Of a stretch of DNA of 54,251 bases, positions 25,126-34,803 are shown piece after piece. The DNA is taken from NCBI GenBank assembly GCA_039917105.1, contig JBDSKE010000003.1:1-54251 (forward strand). The letters run 5' to 3'. The notes under the pieces are model-generated. The model ran no database searches and had not been told where the DNA came from. It saw only the letters and a list, made by a program, of their open reading frames with translations. The position numbers were made by a program, and so were the translations under genes. Source of the DNA: Candidatus Eiseniibacteriota bacterium. GTDB taxonomy: Bacteria > Eisenbacteria > RBG-16-71-46. How positions within the stretch are numbered: position 1 is the first letter of the stretch; each line of letters starts with the position of its first letter.

Positions 25126-26462
25126 TGCCGCTTGCGAGCCAACTCTCCGCGCGGGCGAGTATCGTACTTATGGAACAACCGACTCTGACGATTCTCCATG
25201 GGAATCACCCGACCTCCCATGACCACGAGTGTGCAGTGCGTGCTCATGAGCAGCGGATCGCCATCGGTGACCTGGAGATCCGCGATCTTGCCGACCTCGA
25301 TGCTACCCACGAGGTCGCCCGCTCCGAGGATCTGCGCCGGATAAAGCGTCACGGCCTTGAGGGCTTCGAGCGGATCCAGCCCGAACGCGGCCGCCATCGC
25401 CGCGTGATGCGGCAGGTTCCGGGTGTTGGCTGGACCACTCGCATCCGAGATGCAGTAGCGAACGCCGGCCGCCGCCAGGCGTCCGGGTAGCATGAAGGCG
25501 TCGTCGTAGGAATCCGACCGGCGCCTGGGCAACGCCAGTGTGCCGCCCACGATCACGGCGACATCGCGCTGGCGGAGTTCACCTGCCATGCGCCAAGCAT
25601 CGTTGCCCCCGACGATGACAAGTCGCTTCAGACCCTGCTCGTCCGCGAACTTGAGCACGGCGCGGATCTGTCCAATTGACCCAGCTTCGAAGAACACGGG
25701 GGTCTCGCCGCGCAACGCACGCCCCATGGCCGCCCATTTCACATCGGAGTCGTGTCGCGGGATTCCCGGGGTCTTCTCGGCGTCGCGCGCCTTCCAGAAT
25801 GCGCGCGCATCGTCGAATGCCTTGCGGATGGCGTCAATCTGGGCGTCCCGCGCCTTGTTCTGCTCCTCCTCGGACTGGGTGATGAACCAACCCCGCGCCG
25901 GCACCATATTGGGCCATGCCACATGCAGCCCGATGGGGGAGCGGATGACCATGTCTTCCTGCGTCCACCCGCCCAGATGCACCAACGCGCTGGTGCCATG
26001 TACGGCTCCGCCGCCCGGCACCACCTGTGCGCTCGTCACGCCATTGACGCGGGCCACGGCGAGCAGGTCGCTGTCGGGATTGATCATGACTTCACCACGC
26101 AGGTCGGGATTCACGTTCCCGGTCTCTTGGGTATCATTGCTCCCCACGCTCGTGCCCACTTCGATCAAACCCATCTGGGTGTTGGCCGCGACGAACCCCG
26201 GGTACAGATGCTGGCCCGTGCAATCGATCCGCTTCGCGTCCGAGGGGGACGCGAGGCCGGCGCCCACGGCGATGATGCGGCCATTGTCCACGATGACCGT
26301 CCCGTTGCCGATCGTGGCGCCCGAGACCGTGTGCACCGTGCCGCCGACCAGTGCCAACTTTTGGGCAGCATCCGGCATGGGCGTCTCGGCGCGAACCGGA
26401 AGCGCGAGTCCGAACATGCATGCCGCAAGCGACGCCGTGCGCGCGAGGGGTGCGCGGCTCAT
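25122..26462 (-). CDS. Exported amidohydrolase-fold protein lacking the HxH metal motif
   Basis: ATG 26462 overlaps the upstream stop (ATGA). Signal peptide MSRAPLARTASLAACMFGLALPVRA. YPGFVAANTQMG occupies the position of G.ID.H.H. The C-terminal GSIEVGKIADLQV is retained. Confidence 0.85.
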   Translation of the reverse strand: MSRAPLARTASLAACMFGLALPVRAETPMPDAAQKLALVGGTVHTVSGATIGNGTVIVDNGRIIAVGAGLASPSDAKRIDCTGQHLYPGFVAANTQMGLIEVGTSVGSNDTQETGNVNPDLRGEVMINPDSDLLAVARVNGVTSAQVVPGGGAVHGTSALVHLGGWTQEDMVIRSPIGLHVAWPNMVPARGWFITQSEEEQNKARDAQIDAIRKAFDDARAFWKARDAEKTPGIPRHDSDVKWAAMGRALRGETPVFFEAGSIGQIRAVLKFADEQGLKRLVIVGGNDAWRMAGELRQRDVAVIVGGTLALPRRRSDSYDDAFMLPGRLAAAGVRYCISDASGPANTRNLPHHAAMAAAFGLDPLEALKAVTLYPAQILGAGDLVGSIEVGKIADLQVTDGDPLLMSTHCTLVVMGGRVIPMENRQSRLFHKYDTRPRGELARKRH

Positions 26463-29400
26463 CGCGTGACCACCTTGTCGATGGTCAGTTGTTTCCGCGC
26501 CGTCTCCGACCTGAACGGTTCGTCATGGCCGCTCCCGCCGCAGGTATTGCCACTCATGTCGGTATCCTCGAGGTAACGCGGCGGCCAATTGTCGCGGGCC
26601 CCTGCTTTCGGTCCGTCGCTCTTGGCGGCCTTCGCCCTGACGATCAATGCGGCGCGTTCCTTGGCGAGCGCGTCGCGCCCGGCCAGGTCGGCGGCGCGAT
26701 CGAAGTACTTGCGGCCCTCGATGAACGTCTGCTCGCAGCGCGAATAGGGCGACATCGGCTCGCCGCTCCAGATCGCGAAGTCTGCATCCTTGCCGACTTC
26801 GATCGAGCCCACTCGTCCATCAACCTTCAGGCTTTTGGCCGGATTGAGGGTGACCATCTTGATGGCCTCCTCGCGCGGGACCCCGCCGTACTTGATGGCT
26901 TTCGCCGCTTCGACATTGAGTCGGCGGGCCAGTTCGTCGCTGTCCGAGTTGAAGCCCACGTTCACGCCGCGATCCCACATGAGATAGCCGTTGTAGGGAA
27001 TCGCATCGATGACTTCCTGCTTGTACTGCCACCAGTCGGTGAATCCCATGGCGCTGGCGCCGTGCTTCGCCATTTCATCGGCCACCTTGTAGCCCTCGAG
27101 GATGTGCGTGAACGTGTTCACGCGGAATCCGAACTGCTCGGTGAGCCGCATGAGCATCAGGATCTCGTCTGCGCGGTACGAGTGGCAGTGAATCAGTCGC
27201 GTGCCGTGGATGATCTCGGACAGCGCTTCGAGCTGCAGGTCGCGCCTGGGCGGCAACCTGCGCTTGCCCCGCTTGAACTCTGCGAACGACGCGTCGTAGT
27301 CGCGGGCGCGTTCGAACGCATCGCGGATGCTCTGCTCGACGCCCGCGCGCGTCTGCGGATAACGACCGGTGCGCTCGGTGCCCCAATTGCTCTGCTTGGG
27401 ATTCTCGCCCAAGGCGAACTTGACCGTGCCCGGGGCGTCCGACATGAATAACTCGCTCGGCAACGCGCCCCACTTGTTCTTGATGAGCGCCGCCTGGCCA
27501 CCGATCGAGTTACACGAGCCGTGCAGCAGGTGCATCATCGTGCCGCCGCCAGCGAGTTGCCGATACAGGTTGACACTCTCGGAGTTGATCACATCCTGGA
27601 TGCGCACTTCACAGGTGACGATGTTCGTGCACTCGTTCACATTGCCCAGGATGGCGCTATGGCTGTGCTCATCGATGGTGCCGGGCGCGATGTGCTTACC
27701 CGCTGCGTCGATCACAACCGCACCTTTGGGCGCAATCAAGCCTTTGCCTACCGCGGCGATCCTGCCGGCGCGCACGAGCAGGTCCGCGCCCGTGATCGTG
27801 CCCTGTGGACCCGCCGTCCAGATCGTGGCGTTCTTGACCAGCAGTGCTGCAGGTTGTTCCGGCTGTGCGAACCGCCACGGTTCGGTATTGCCCGCCACAA
27901 CCGCGACCGGTACGAGCTCGCCCGGCCTGTCCGATTTCTTGTCGCTCTTGATCACCATGCGCGCCAGCGTTGTGTCGCGCCTGGCGCCGATGCTCACGGT
28001 GCCGACCAACGCGTCATCCACCGGAGCGAAGTCGTAAGCTTGTGCCTCGCCGCCGCGCGTGATCATGAACCGCAGCCGGCGGTCCTCGAGTCGCACCCCG
28101 GAAGCCTTGAGTGAATCGCCGGCGACGACCAACGTCACGGTGGTGTCCTGCTCGGTACGCACGACGAACACGCCTTCGGCCGCACCCGTGCCCAGAGACC
28201 ACTCGCCTTTGGGCGTGGTCTCATCCCGGGCAACCTCGTAGCGGTCGCCATCCACCCATACCTCGCGCACCTTGCTACCCGCGGCGAACAACGCGCCGCG
28301 GGTGACGGTGAGGTTGGCGACTTTTCCGGGAGCGATGGTGCCGAGCCGGTCGGACAGGCCCAGCAACCTGGCGGGCGTAGTGGTGACGGCGGCCAGCGCA
28401 GCCGACTCCGAGAGCCCGCGCACGATGGCCTTGCCGATGTTGCCGCGGAATGCCTTCACATCCTTCAGCCCGTTCGCGGTCAGCGCAATCGTGGCACCGG
28501 CCCTCTGCAATGCCGCGGGGTTGCCCGGCGCCTCCTGCCACTGACGCAACTCCTCGGTGCTCACCTCGAGCCAGTTGTCGTCGTTCGAGGCATCCGGCGC
28601 GTCGGGGAAGTTGACCGGCACGATCAACGGGACACCCGTCGCCGCGATTGCCTTCACGCGCTTGTATTCGTCGCCATTGCAGACGATCTGCGCGGTGACT
28701 CCGGCTTCCTTCGCCATCGCCGCTGCTCGCATCACCTCGAGCATCTCATCCGCCACGAACAGCGCGTTCTGCTGCCCGGCGATGACCGGCTGCAACGCTG
28801 CCCACGACGTGTTGGTCTCGGGACGCTCGGCCGAGGGTGACTTCGCGTAGGCCGCATTCACATCTCGATACCACTTGGCATCTATCAGGCTCTGGCGGAT
28901 CACCGCGATCGCGCCCATGAGGGACCCCGGGTAGCCCGCGGCTTGCGCCTGTAGCGCGATGACCTGCGCTCCGTCGGACTTGTAGGTATTGCCATTGAGC
29001 GAGCCATCGCCCAAGCCGACCACAGCACTGGTGCCCCGCAGGATTCCTTGGCTGGGCGCCATCTGGGCCGCTGCGAAACCGGCACTCCGCAGGGAGGAGA
29101 GCTGATCGGCGGACAGCGACAGATTCTCGATCACGCGATACTCCGAGCGAACAACGCCGAGCCCGGCAGCCGCGCCACGCGAGGGCTCTGTGGACTCCTT
29201 GGGGATTGGCCCCCGACCAGGGTTCGCCTCGGCCGGGAGCACGAACGCGTCGATCATCCCCGCGTACACCGTCAGGCTATCGCCCTTCCAGATGCGCGCA
29301 TCGGCCGGCACCGCCACTCTTGCACCGACCGCGACGATGATGCCGTCCCGCATCACCACCGTCCCATGCTCGATCACCTGGCCAGGCGCGGTCACGATGC

Positions 29401-29527
29401 GTGCATTGGTGATGGCGTGCACGCGCGGAGTGGCGGCGTGCGCCATCGCCCCCAAGGTGAGTGCCACGAGCGTCAGTGCGCACGAGGCCCCATGCGCGCG
29501 GTGGCCGCGGAGGATCGAGGACATCAT
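26459..29527 (-). CDS. Exported double amidohydrolase-fold protein (degenerate N-module, catalytic C-module)
   Basis: ATG 29527 has AAGGAG 4 nt upstream. Signal-like segment HGASCALTLVALTLGAMAHA. The N-module has GMIDAFV (no HxH) and GKVANLTV. The C-module has PGTIDEHSHS, HCHSY, FNSDSD and GSIEVGKDADFAIW. Confidence 0.9.
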   Translation of the reverse strand: MMSSILRGHRAHGASCALTLVALTLGAMAHAATPRVHAITNARIVTAPGQVIEHGTVVMRDGIIVAVGARVAVPADARIWKGDSLTVYAGMIDAFVLPAEANPGRGPIPKESTEPSRGAAAGLGVVRSEYRVIENLSLSADQLSSLRSAGFAAAQMAPSQGILRGTSAVVGLGDGSLNGNTYKSDGAQVIALQAQAAGYPGSLMGAIAVIRQSLIDAKWYRDVNAAYAKSPSAERPETNTSWAALQPVIAGQQNALFVADEMLEVMRAAAMAKEAGVTAQIVCNGDEYKRVKAIAATGVPLIVPVNFPDAPDASNDDNWLEVSTEELRQWQEAPGNPAALQRAGATIALTANGLKDVKAFRGNIGKAIVRGLSESAALAAVTTTPARLLGLSDRLGTIAPGKVANLTVTRGALFAAGSKVREVWVDGDRYEVARDETTPKGEWSLGTGAAEGVFVVRTEQDTTVTLVVAGDSLKASGVRLEDRRLRFMITRGGEAQAYDFAPVDDALVGTVSIGARRDTTLARMVIKSDKKSDRPGELVPVAVVAGNTEPWRFAQPEQPAALLVKNATIWTAGPQGTITGADLLVRAGRIAAVGKGLIAPKGAVVIDAAGKHIAPGTIDEHSHSAILGNVNECTNIVTCEVRIQDVINSESVNLYRQLAGGGTMMHLLHGSCNSIGGQAALIKNKWGALPSELFMSDAPGTVKFALGENPKQSNWGTERTGRYPQTRAGVEQSIRDAFERARDYDASFAEFKRGKRRLPPRRDLQLEALSEIIHGTRLIHCHSYRADEILMLMRLTEQFGFRVNTFTHILEGYKVADEMAKHGASAMGFTDWWQYKQEVIDAIPYNGYLMWDRGVNVGFNSDSDELARRLNVEAAKAIKYGGVPREEAIKMVTLNPAKSLKVDGRVGSIEVGKDADFAIWSGEPMSPYSRCEQTFIEGRKYFDRAADLAGRDALAKERAALIVRAKAAKSDGPKAGARDNWPPRYLEDTDMSGNTCGGSGHDEPFRSETARKQLTIDKVVTR

Positions 29528-29717
29528 GGAACTCCTTCTCCAAGGTCGTACGGAGCATGCCCCTCGGTCGACGGGGCTGGACGCATGGCTGGCACGAGGA
29601 CGCCAAGGTCGAAGGTAAACCGGGGCGGTGGCAAGCACGGATCTGGCCATGACCGGCGCATGCGATGGCCGTACCAGCGCGGGGGGGTGGGCTGGGCCCG
29701 CCTCACCTCTGGCGAGC

Positions 29718-32657
29718 TCACAGCGTTCCGGCGTCCCCGACCAGCACGAACGACGCCCAATGGAACGGCCACGCGGTCACCGGATCATCGATCAGGCCAC
29801 GCTTGGCGTCACGCAACGACGCCGCACGTGAGCGATGTTTGAGTAACAACTCGCTGTAGAACCGGCGCATCAGGCGCTCGGTCGAGGTGTCGCTCACATC
29901 CCACAGACTCACGACGACGCTGCCGGATCCGGCGGCGAGGAACGCGCGGGTCAGCCCCAGCACTCCTTCGCCGCGCACGACTTGGCCCAAGCCGCTGCCA
30001 CACGCCGACAACGTGACGAGCTCGGCCGACACGGGTTGCGCAAGGATGTCGCGCGCCTCCAGCCGCGTCGGCGCCCCGCTCGAATCCGCCGCGAGCCACA
30101 GGCCCGACCGCTCGGGCTCCGCCACCAGCGCGTCCCCGTGCGTGGCCAGGTGCAGCACGCGTAGTGGCGCATGCGTGGCCGCCAAAAGCGCGGTGCGGTC
30201 GGCGCCGGCGCCAGTGATCCGGGTGAGCGAGCCCTTGGGCGAGAGTGCTTCCAGCGTCGCCACCTCGCCGGCGGTGCCGGGCAGCGCTGCGAGCGGCAGG
30301 CCGGCCGCGACCGGGGCATCTCCGTACCGCGCATCGCCCAGTGCCACGCTCTGCTTTGCGCGTGCGGCGCTCGGCACGCCGAGCAGCGCGGACGACGGCA
30401 GATACGACACTTCAAAGCGGCCGGCGAGCGGGCCGCGCTGGCCCGCGAACGATAGCGCCTCGAACGGCAGCGTCCACAGCATGCCATCCGGCAGGATCAC
30501 CAGATGTTGCACCCCAGCCAGCAATGGTGCGGCGGGATCGAGAATCTGGGCAGACAACTCCGCGCCAAGCTTCGCGGCGCGCGTACGATCGGACTCGCTC
30601 GGATCGGGCTTGGCCCACAGGCGGCGCAGTGTCTCGACCCGCGTGCGCAGCTTTGAGCGGGTGGGCAAGGTCACGCGCTTCCAGCGGTCACGCCGCACCA
30701 CCCACAAAGATGAACTGGAATCCCCCAGGCTATAGGCCAACAGCGCAGTGCGTGCATCGGGCAGTCGCGCCTGCACCTGGGTGAGCCTGAGCGGCCTGGG
30801 CGGCGACCCGCCCGACTCGGTCCGCGCCAACAGATCAAGCAGCGCCCGCGCCCGCGCGCGCTCGGCCCAGTCGAACGCCTCAGCCGCGCGGCCGCGATCG
30901 GGTTGGGTGGCGTCGAGCTTTCCCAGCAGATGCACGAGTGCTTCGTAGGCGAACACGCCACGCCCGAACACCGACAAGGAGGCGCGTTCATCGCCTTGAC
31001 GCACCCGCAGCGTGTCGAGGCGCGCCGCCACCTCGCGGTACGACGCCAGTGCGCCTTCGATATCCCCGGAACGCTCTGCCACATCGCCAAGCGCCAGGCG
31101 CGCGACCCATTCCAACTCGAGCGCGTGAGCCGCGCGCGCCTCGCGTTCCGCCCGTTCCAAAGCCGCGCGCGCATCGGGCAAGCGGTTCATACGACTCCAT
31201 AACCCTCCCAGATTGGACAGGGACAACGCCTCGCGCGCGCGCCCCAATCCACTGGCGGCACGCAGCGCGCGGGTGAAGGCTGAATCGGACGCCGCGAAGT
31301 CGCCGGCATCGAATGCGAGCGAACCCAGAAGCGAAGCGGCCGACCACGCCAGTTCGGGTTGTCCCGTCTCAAGGGCGGCTTCATACATCGCCTCGGCCAG
31401 TACTCCTGCGCTATGGATGTCACCTTCCTGACGCGCTGCCAATGGACGCAACGACCCGACTCGAGCCTGGAGCGGGGGATTCTCGAGCGAGTCGGCCAGC
31501 GCCAGCGCCGCAGCCAGCGGCGCCCGCGCCCGCACGGGGTCTTCGGCAATGAGCCACACGCGCGCTTCATGGAAGTGCGCCTCGCACACGCCACCGGGAT
31601 TGCGGGCCGTGCGCGCGGCATCGAGCCCGGCACGGGCATCGGCCGCTGCCTCGGCATAACGACCCAGGGCGGTGCGCACGCTGGCCCGATTCAAGCGTGC
31701 CGTGGTCTCGAGTCGCGCATCGCCATTGCCCACGAAGATCGCGAGCGCGCGGGAAGCAAGCCCTTCGGCGCGCTCCAGTTCGCCCTGCGATTCCAATTGT
31801 TTGGCCAGATTGAGCATCGCTTCGCCTGCGCGCGCGCTGTCGCCCGCAGCGCTCGTCAGTTGCAGCGCCGACTCGAACGCCACGCTCGCGGAATCGGGCT
31901 CACCCGTTTCGCGGAACACCAGCCCCAGCCCATTGAGGGTTGCCCCGAGCGCAGCCTGTTCGCGCGTGCGCATACGCACCGCGCGCGCCTCGAGTAGAAA
32001 GGGCCGCGCCACGGAGTAACGCTCCAGTTGGATGTTGGTGGATCCGAGCGCATTGAGTGTGGCACCGATCATGCGCTCGTCGCCCAGAGCTCGCCGCGCC
32101 ACCAGCGCCCGTTGATAGTGACGCTCGGCGTCTTCGTATCGGCCCGATAAGAATGCCACCACCCCGCGGCTGCCCAGGACCCATGCGCTTCGGCGCTGCT
32201 CACGAAGCGCCTGATAGTCGGCGAACGCATCCGCGAAGAGCGTGTCGGCCGCGGTGAACTCGCGCGAGCCCTGAGCTGCAATCGCGAGCGATTCGCGCTC
32301 AGCTGCATGCACGCGGCGGCGGCGATCGGTCGGGGTCCACCTGGCCGCAAGCGCCAATGCGTCGGACGCGATGTGGGAGCCGCGCGCCTCAGGTTCCGAT
32401 CGGGCGGTGGCACGAGCCAGTGCCCACCAACGCGCGCCCTCCCCGGCGGGACCCGCGCGCAGCGCGCTCACCCACAATGCGTTCCAGGCGGCCTCATAGC
32501 CATTACCCAAAGACGCGATGGTGGTGACCCGCGTGCTGTCGGGAACATCAAGACGCGCCCAGACCTGCGCTGCTGCTCCTTGCGCACTGAACAGGAGCGC
32601 GAGGCCCGACAGCGACGCGCTGGCGAACCACGCGCCCAAGCACCGCCCCCGGATCAT
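29718..32657 (-). CDS. Secreted TPR-repeat protein with a C-terminal CHAT (caspase-like) protease domain
   Basis: ATG 32657 overlaps the sodA stop (ATGA, tcat at 32654-32657). Signal peptide MIRGRCLGAWFASASLSGLALLFSAQGAAAQ. About 600 aa of Ala/Leu/Arg-rich TPR-like helices. The CHAT dyad is intact: VLHLATHGDA (His) and LVTLSACGSGLG (Cys). Confidence 0.9.
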   Translation of the reverse strand: MIRGRCLGAWFASASLSGLALLFSAQGAAAQVWARLDVPDSTRVTTIASLGNGYEAAWNALWVSALRAGPAGEGARWWALARATARSEPEARGSHIASDALALAARWTPTDRRRRVHAAERESLAIAAQGSREFTAADTLFADAFADYQALREQRRSAWVLGSRGVVAFLSGRYEDAERHYQRALVARRALGDERMIGATLNALGSTNIQLERYSVARPFLLEARAVRMRTREQAALGATLNGLGLVFRETGEPDSASVAFESALQLTSAAGDSARAGEAMLNLAKQLESQGELERAEGLASRALAIFVGNGDARLETTARLNRASVRTALGRYAEAAADARAGLDAARTARNPGGVCEAHFHEARVWLIAEDPVRARAPLAAALALADSLENPPLQARVGSLRPLAARQEGDIHSAGVLAEAMYEAALETGQPELAWSAASLLGSLAFDAGDFAASDSAFTRALRAASGLGRAREALSLSNLGGLWSRMNRLPDARAALERAEREARAAHALELEWVARLALGDVAERSGDIEGALASYREVAARLDTLRVRQGDERASLSVFGRGVFAYEALVHLLGKLDATQPDRGRAAEAFDWAERARARALLDLLARTESGGSPPRPLRLTQVQARLPDARTALLAYSLGDSSSSLWVVRRDRWKRVTLPTRSKLRTRVETLRRLWAKPDPSESDRTRAAKLGAELSAQILDPAAPLLAGVQHLVILPDGMLWTLPFEALSFAGQRGPLAGRFEVSYLPSSALLGVPSAARAKQSVALGDARYGDAPVAAGLPLAALPGTAGEVATLEALSPKGSLTRITGAGADRTALLAATHAPLRVLHLATHGDALVAEPERSGLWLAADSSGAPTRLEARDILAQPVSAELVTLSACGSGLGQVVRGEGVLGLTRAFLAAGSGSVVVSLWDVSDTSTERLMRRFYSELLLKHRSRAASLRDAKRGLIDDPVTAWPFHWASFVLVGDAGTL

Positions 32658-33409
32658 CCCTTCTTCGCGTCGCGGTACCGGCCCGATATCACATTCCAGT
32701 CCATCACCTTCGAGAACGCCGCCACGTACTCGGCTCGACGATTCTGGAACTTGAGATAGTAGGCGTGCTCCCACACATCGATTCCGGCAAGCGGGGTGTG
32801 CCCCGCGCTGAGCGGCGAATCCTGATTGGGCAGGGTTTCGATCGCGAGTGCGCCTTTCACGTCAAGCGTGAGCCACGCCCAACCGCTACCGAACACGCTC
32901 ATGGCGGCCGCTGTCCACTTGTCCTGGAACGCCGAGAACGACCCGAACGTGGCGTCGATCCCCCTGGCCAGCTCACCAACCGGCGCCCGCGTCCCATCAT
33001 GCTTGAGGCTGGTCCACAGCAAGGAGTGGTTCGCATGCCCGCCACCGTGGTTGCGCACCGCCGTGCGGATCTCGGCCGGCACCTGGTCGAGCTTGCGCAG
33101 CAGATCTTCCACGCTCCATTTGGCCAGGTCGGCCTTGCCCGCCACTGCCTTGTTCAGATTGGTGACGTAGGCCGCGTGATGTTTGTCGTGATGGATCTGC
33201 ATGGTCTGCGCGTCAAGGTGTGGCTCGAGCGCGTCGAACGCGTAGCCCAATGCCGGGAGCGTGAAGGGCCCGATGGGCGCGGGGGTGGCGGAAGCGGTCG
33301 GCGACGGGGCGGATGCCTTGGGGTCATGCCCGAACGCCATGCGCGGCAGTAACGCGCCTCCTGCGCCCAGGGCCAAGGTCTTCAGGGCTTCGCGACGGGT
33401 CATCTTCAT
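32654..33409 (-). CDS. sodA: Mn-type (Fe/Mn family) superoxide dismutase with a twin-arginine signal peptide
   Basis: ATG 33409 has GGAGG 7 nt upstream. Tat motif in MKMTRREALKTLALGAGGALLPRMAFG. Motifs LPALGYAFDALEPH, IHHDKHH, GGGHANHSLLW, FGSGWAWL, PNQDSPL and DVWEHAYYLKFQNRR. By eye it is very close to E. coli SodA. Confidence 0.95.
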   Translation of the reverse strand: MKMTRREALKTLALGAGGALLPRMAFGHDPKASAPSPTASATPAPIGPFTLPALGYAFDALEPHLDAQTMQIHHDKHHAAYVTNLNKAVAGKADLAKWSVEDLLRKLDQVPAEIRTAVRNHGGGHANHSLLWTSLKHDGTRAPVGELARGIDATFGSFSAFQDKWTAAAMSVFGSGWAWLTLDVKGALAIETLPNQDSPLSAGHTPLAGIDVWEHAYYLKFQNRRAEYVAAFSKVMDWNVISGRYRDAKKG

Positions 33410-33484
33410 GGCAGAACCTCCGGGTTGAGCGTGCAGCAGCCTGAGGTCCGGATTATCCATGACACTGGAGCGGCGCGCGAGTCC

Positions 33485-34801
33485 CTAGCGCCCCCGCAGC
33501 CGCCACACCAGCAGCGGCGGCGTGAGCAGGGTGGTGAGCGCCACCATCACCACGACCGCGCTGAACACGCCATCGCCTATCACGCGCTCCCCGCGGATCT
33601 GCAGCCCCGCGCCGATCTGCGCGAAAATCAGGCCCACCTCGCCACGCGGGATCATGCCGAGGCCCACCGCGATCCGGTCCGCCCCCTTTTCGAGCACGCC
33701 CAGCGCGCACACTTGCTTGCCTGCCACCGCTGCCAGGGTGAGCACGCCCGCGAACGCCAACACATCCGTGCGGCCGAACACCGCGAGGTCCACGCGCGTG
33801 CCCATGAGCACGAAGAAGATCGGGACCAGGAACCCCGAGAGTGGCTCGAGCAGGTGTTCGAGGCTTCGTCGCTCCCCATCCCGCGCGAGTAGGTCCTGAT
33901 ACTGCACTTCGTCCAGCACCAAACCGGCGGCGAAGGCGCCGACGATGGGGGCCAGGCCCAGCTTGCCCGCGACGAACGACAACAGGAAGCAGAACGCGAG
34001 CGCGAATGACAACAACAACCCTTGGCCCCTCATGCGCGAGGCCAGGGCGAACGCGCCTTTGGAGATCCACTGGCCCACGAACACTGCCGCTCCTATGAAT
34101 CCCACCGCCTTGCCCACGACGAGCAGCACTTGCGAGGGTTGGAACGCACGCCCCGAGTCGGCGGCGTGGATCACCCCGGTGACCACGGCGAGCACGATCA
34201 ACCCGAGCACGTCGTCGATCACGGCGGCGCCCAGGATGATTCGACCCTCGATGCCGGCGGCCTCCCCAAGGTCGCCCAGAACCCGCGCGGTTATCCCCAC
34301 GCTGGTCGCGGCCAGCGTCGCACCAACGAACCAATGGGCCAGCACATGCTGCGCGGGGAAGTACCAAGCGGAAACACCATAGCCCAGCAGCATGGGTGCG
34401 ACCACGCCAAGCACCGCCACCAGCAGCGCCGAGGGGCCCACCGCCACCATCTTGGCGACATTGGACTCGAGGCCCACGGCGAAGAGCAGGAACAACACGC
34501 CGATCTGAGCGAGGACATCCAACACGGGAAGGCGACGCAGCGAATCAAACCCGTGCATGCCGAGCAGGCCAAGATTGCCCAGCGCGATTCCCACGGCCAA
34601 CTCACCCAACACACTGGGCAGGCCAAAGCGTTCGAACAGCGAGCCGCCCAACTTGGCGCCGAGCAGGATGAGGATGAGCGCTTCGAGGATGGGCAACATG
34701 TCCACGCCGCCGGATGCGGCGGCGGCCGATGCGACATGCGCGAGCAGCACACCCACGACCAGCATGGGCAGCAATCCGCGCATGCGAAAAAGCCGGCTCA
34801 T
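33485..34801 (-). CDS. Cation:proton antiporter (CPA2/Kef-type Na+/H+ exchanger family membrane domain)
   Basis: 438 aa, about 12 hydrophobic segments. ILILLGAKLGGSLFERFGLPSVLGELAVGIALG is typical of the Na_H_Exchanger family. Its ATG lies 2 nt after the upstream stop. Confidence 0.88.
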   Translation of the reverse strand: MSRLFRMRGLLPMLVVGVLLAHVASAAAASGGVDMLPILEALILILLGAKLGGSLFERFGLPSVLGELAVGIALGNLGLLGMHGFDSLRRLPVLDVLAQIGVLFLLFAVGLESNVAKMVAVGPSALLVAVLGVVAPMLLGYGVSAWYFPAQHVLAHWFVGATLAATSVGITARVLGDLGEAAGIEGRIILGAAVIDDVLGLIVLAVVTGVIHAADSGRAFQPSQVLLVVGKAVGFIGAAVFVGQWISKGAFALASRMRGQGLLLSFALAFCFLLSFVAGKLGLAPIVGAFAAGLVLDEVQYQDLLARDGERRSLEHLLEPLSGFLVPIFFVLMGTRVDLAVFGRTDVLAFAGVLTLAAVAGKQVCALGVLEKGADRIAVGLGMIPRGEVGLIFAQIGAGLQIRGERVIGDGVFSAVVVMVALTTLLTPPLLVWRLRGR

Positions 34802-34803
34802 GC

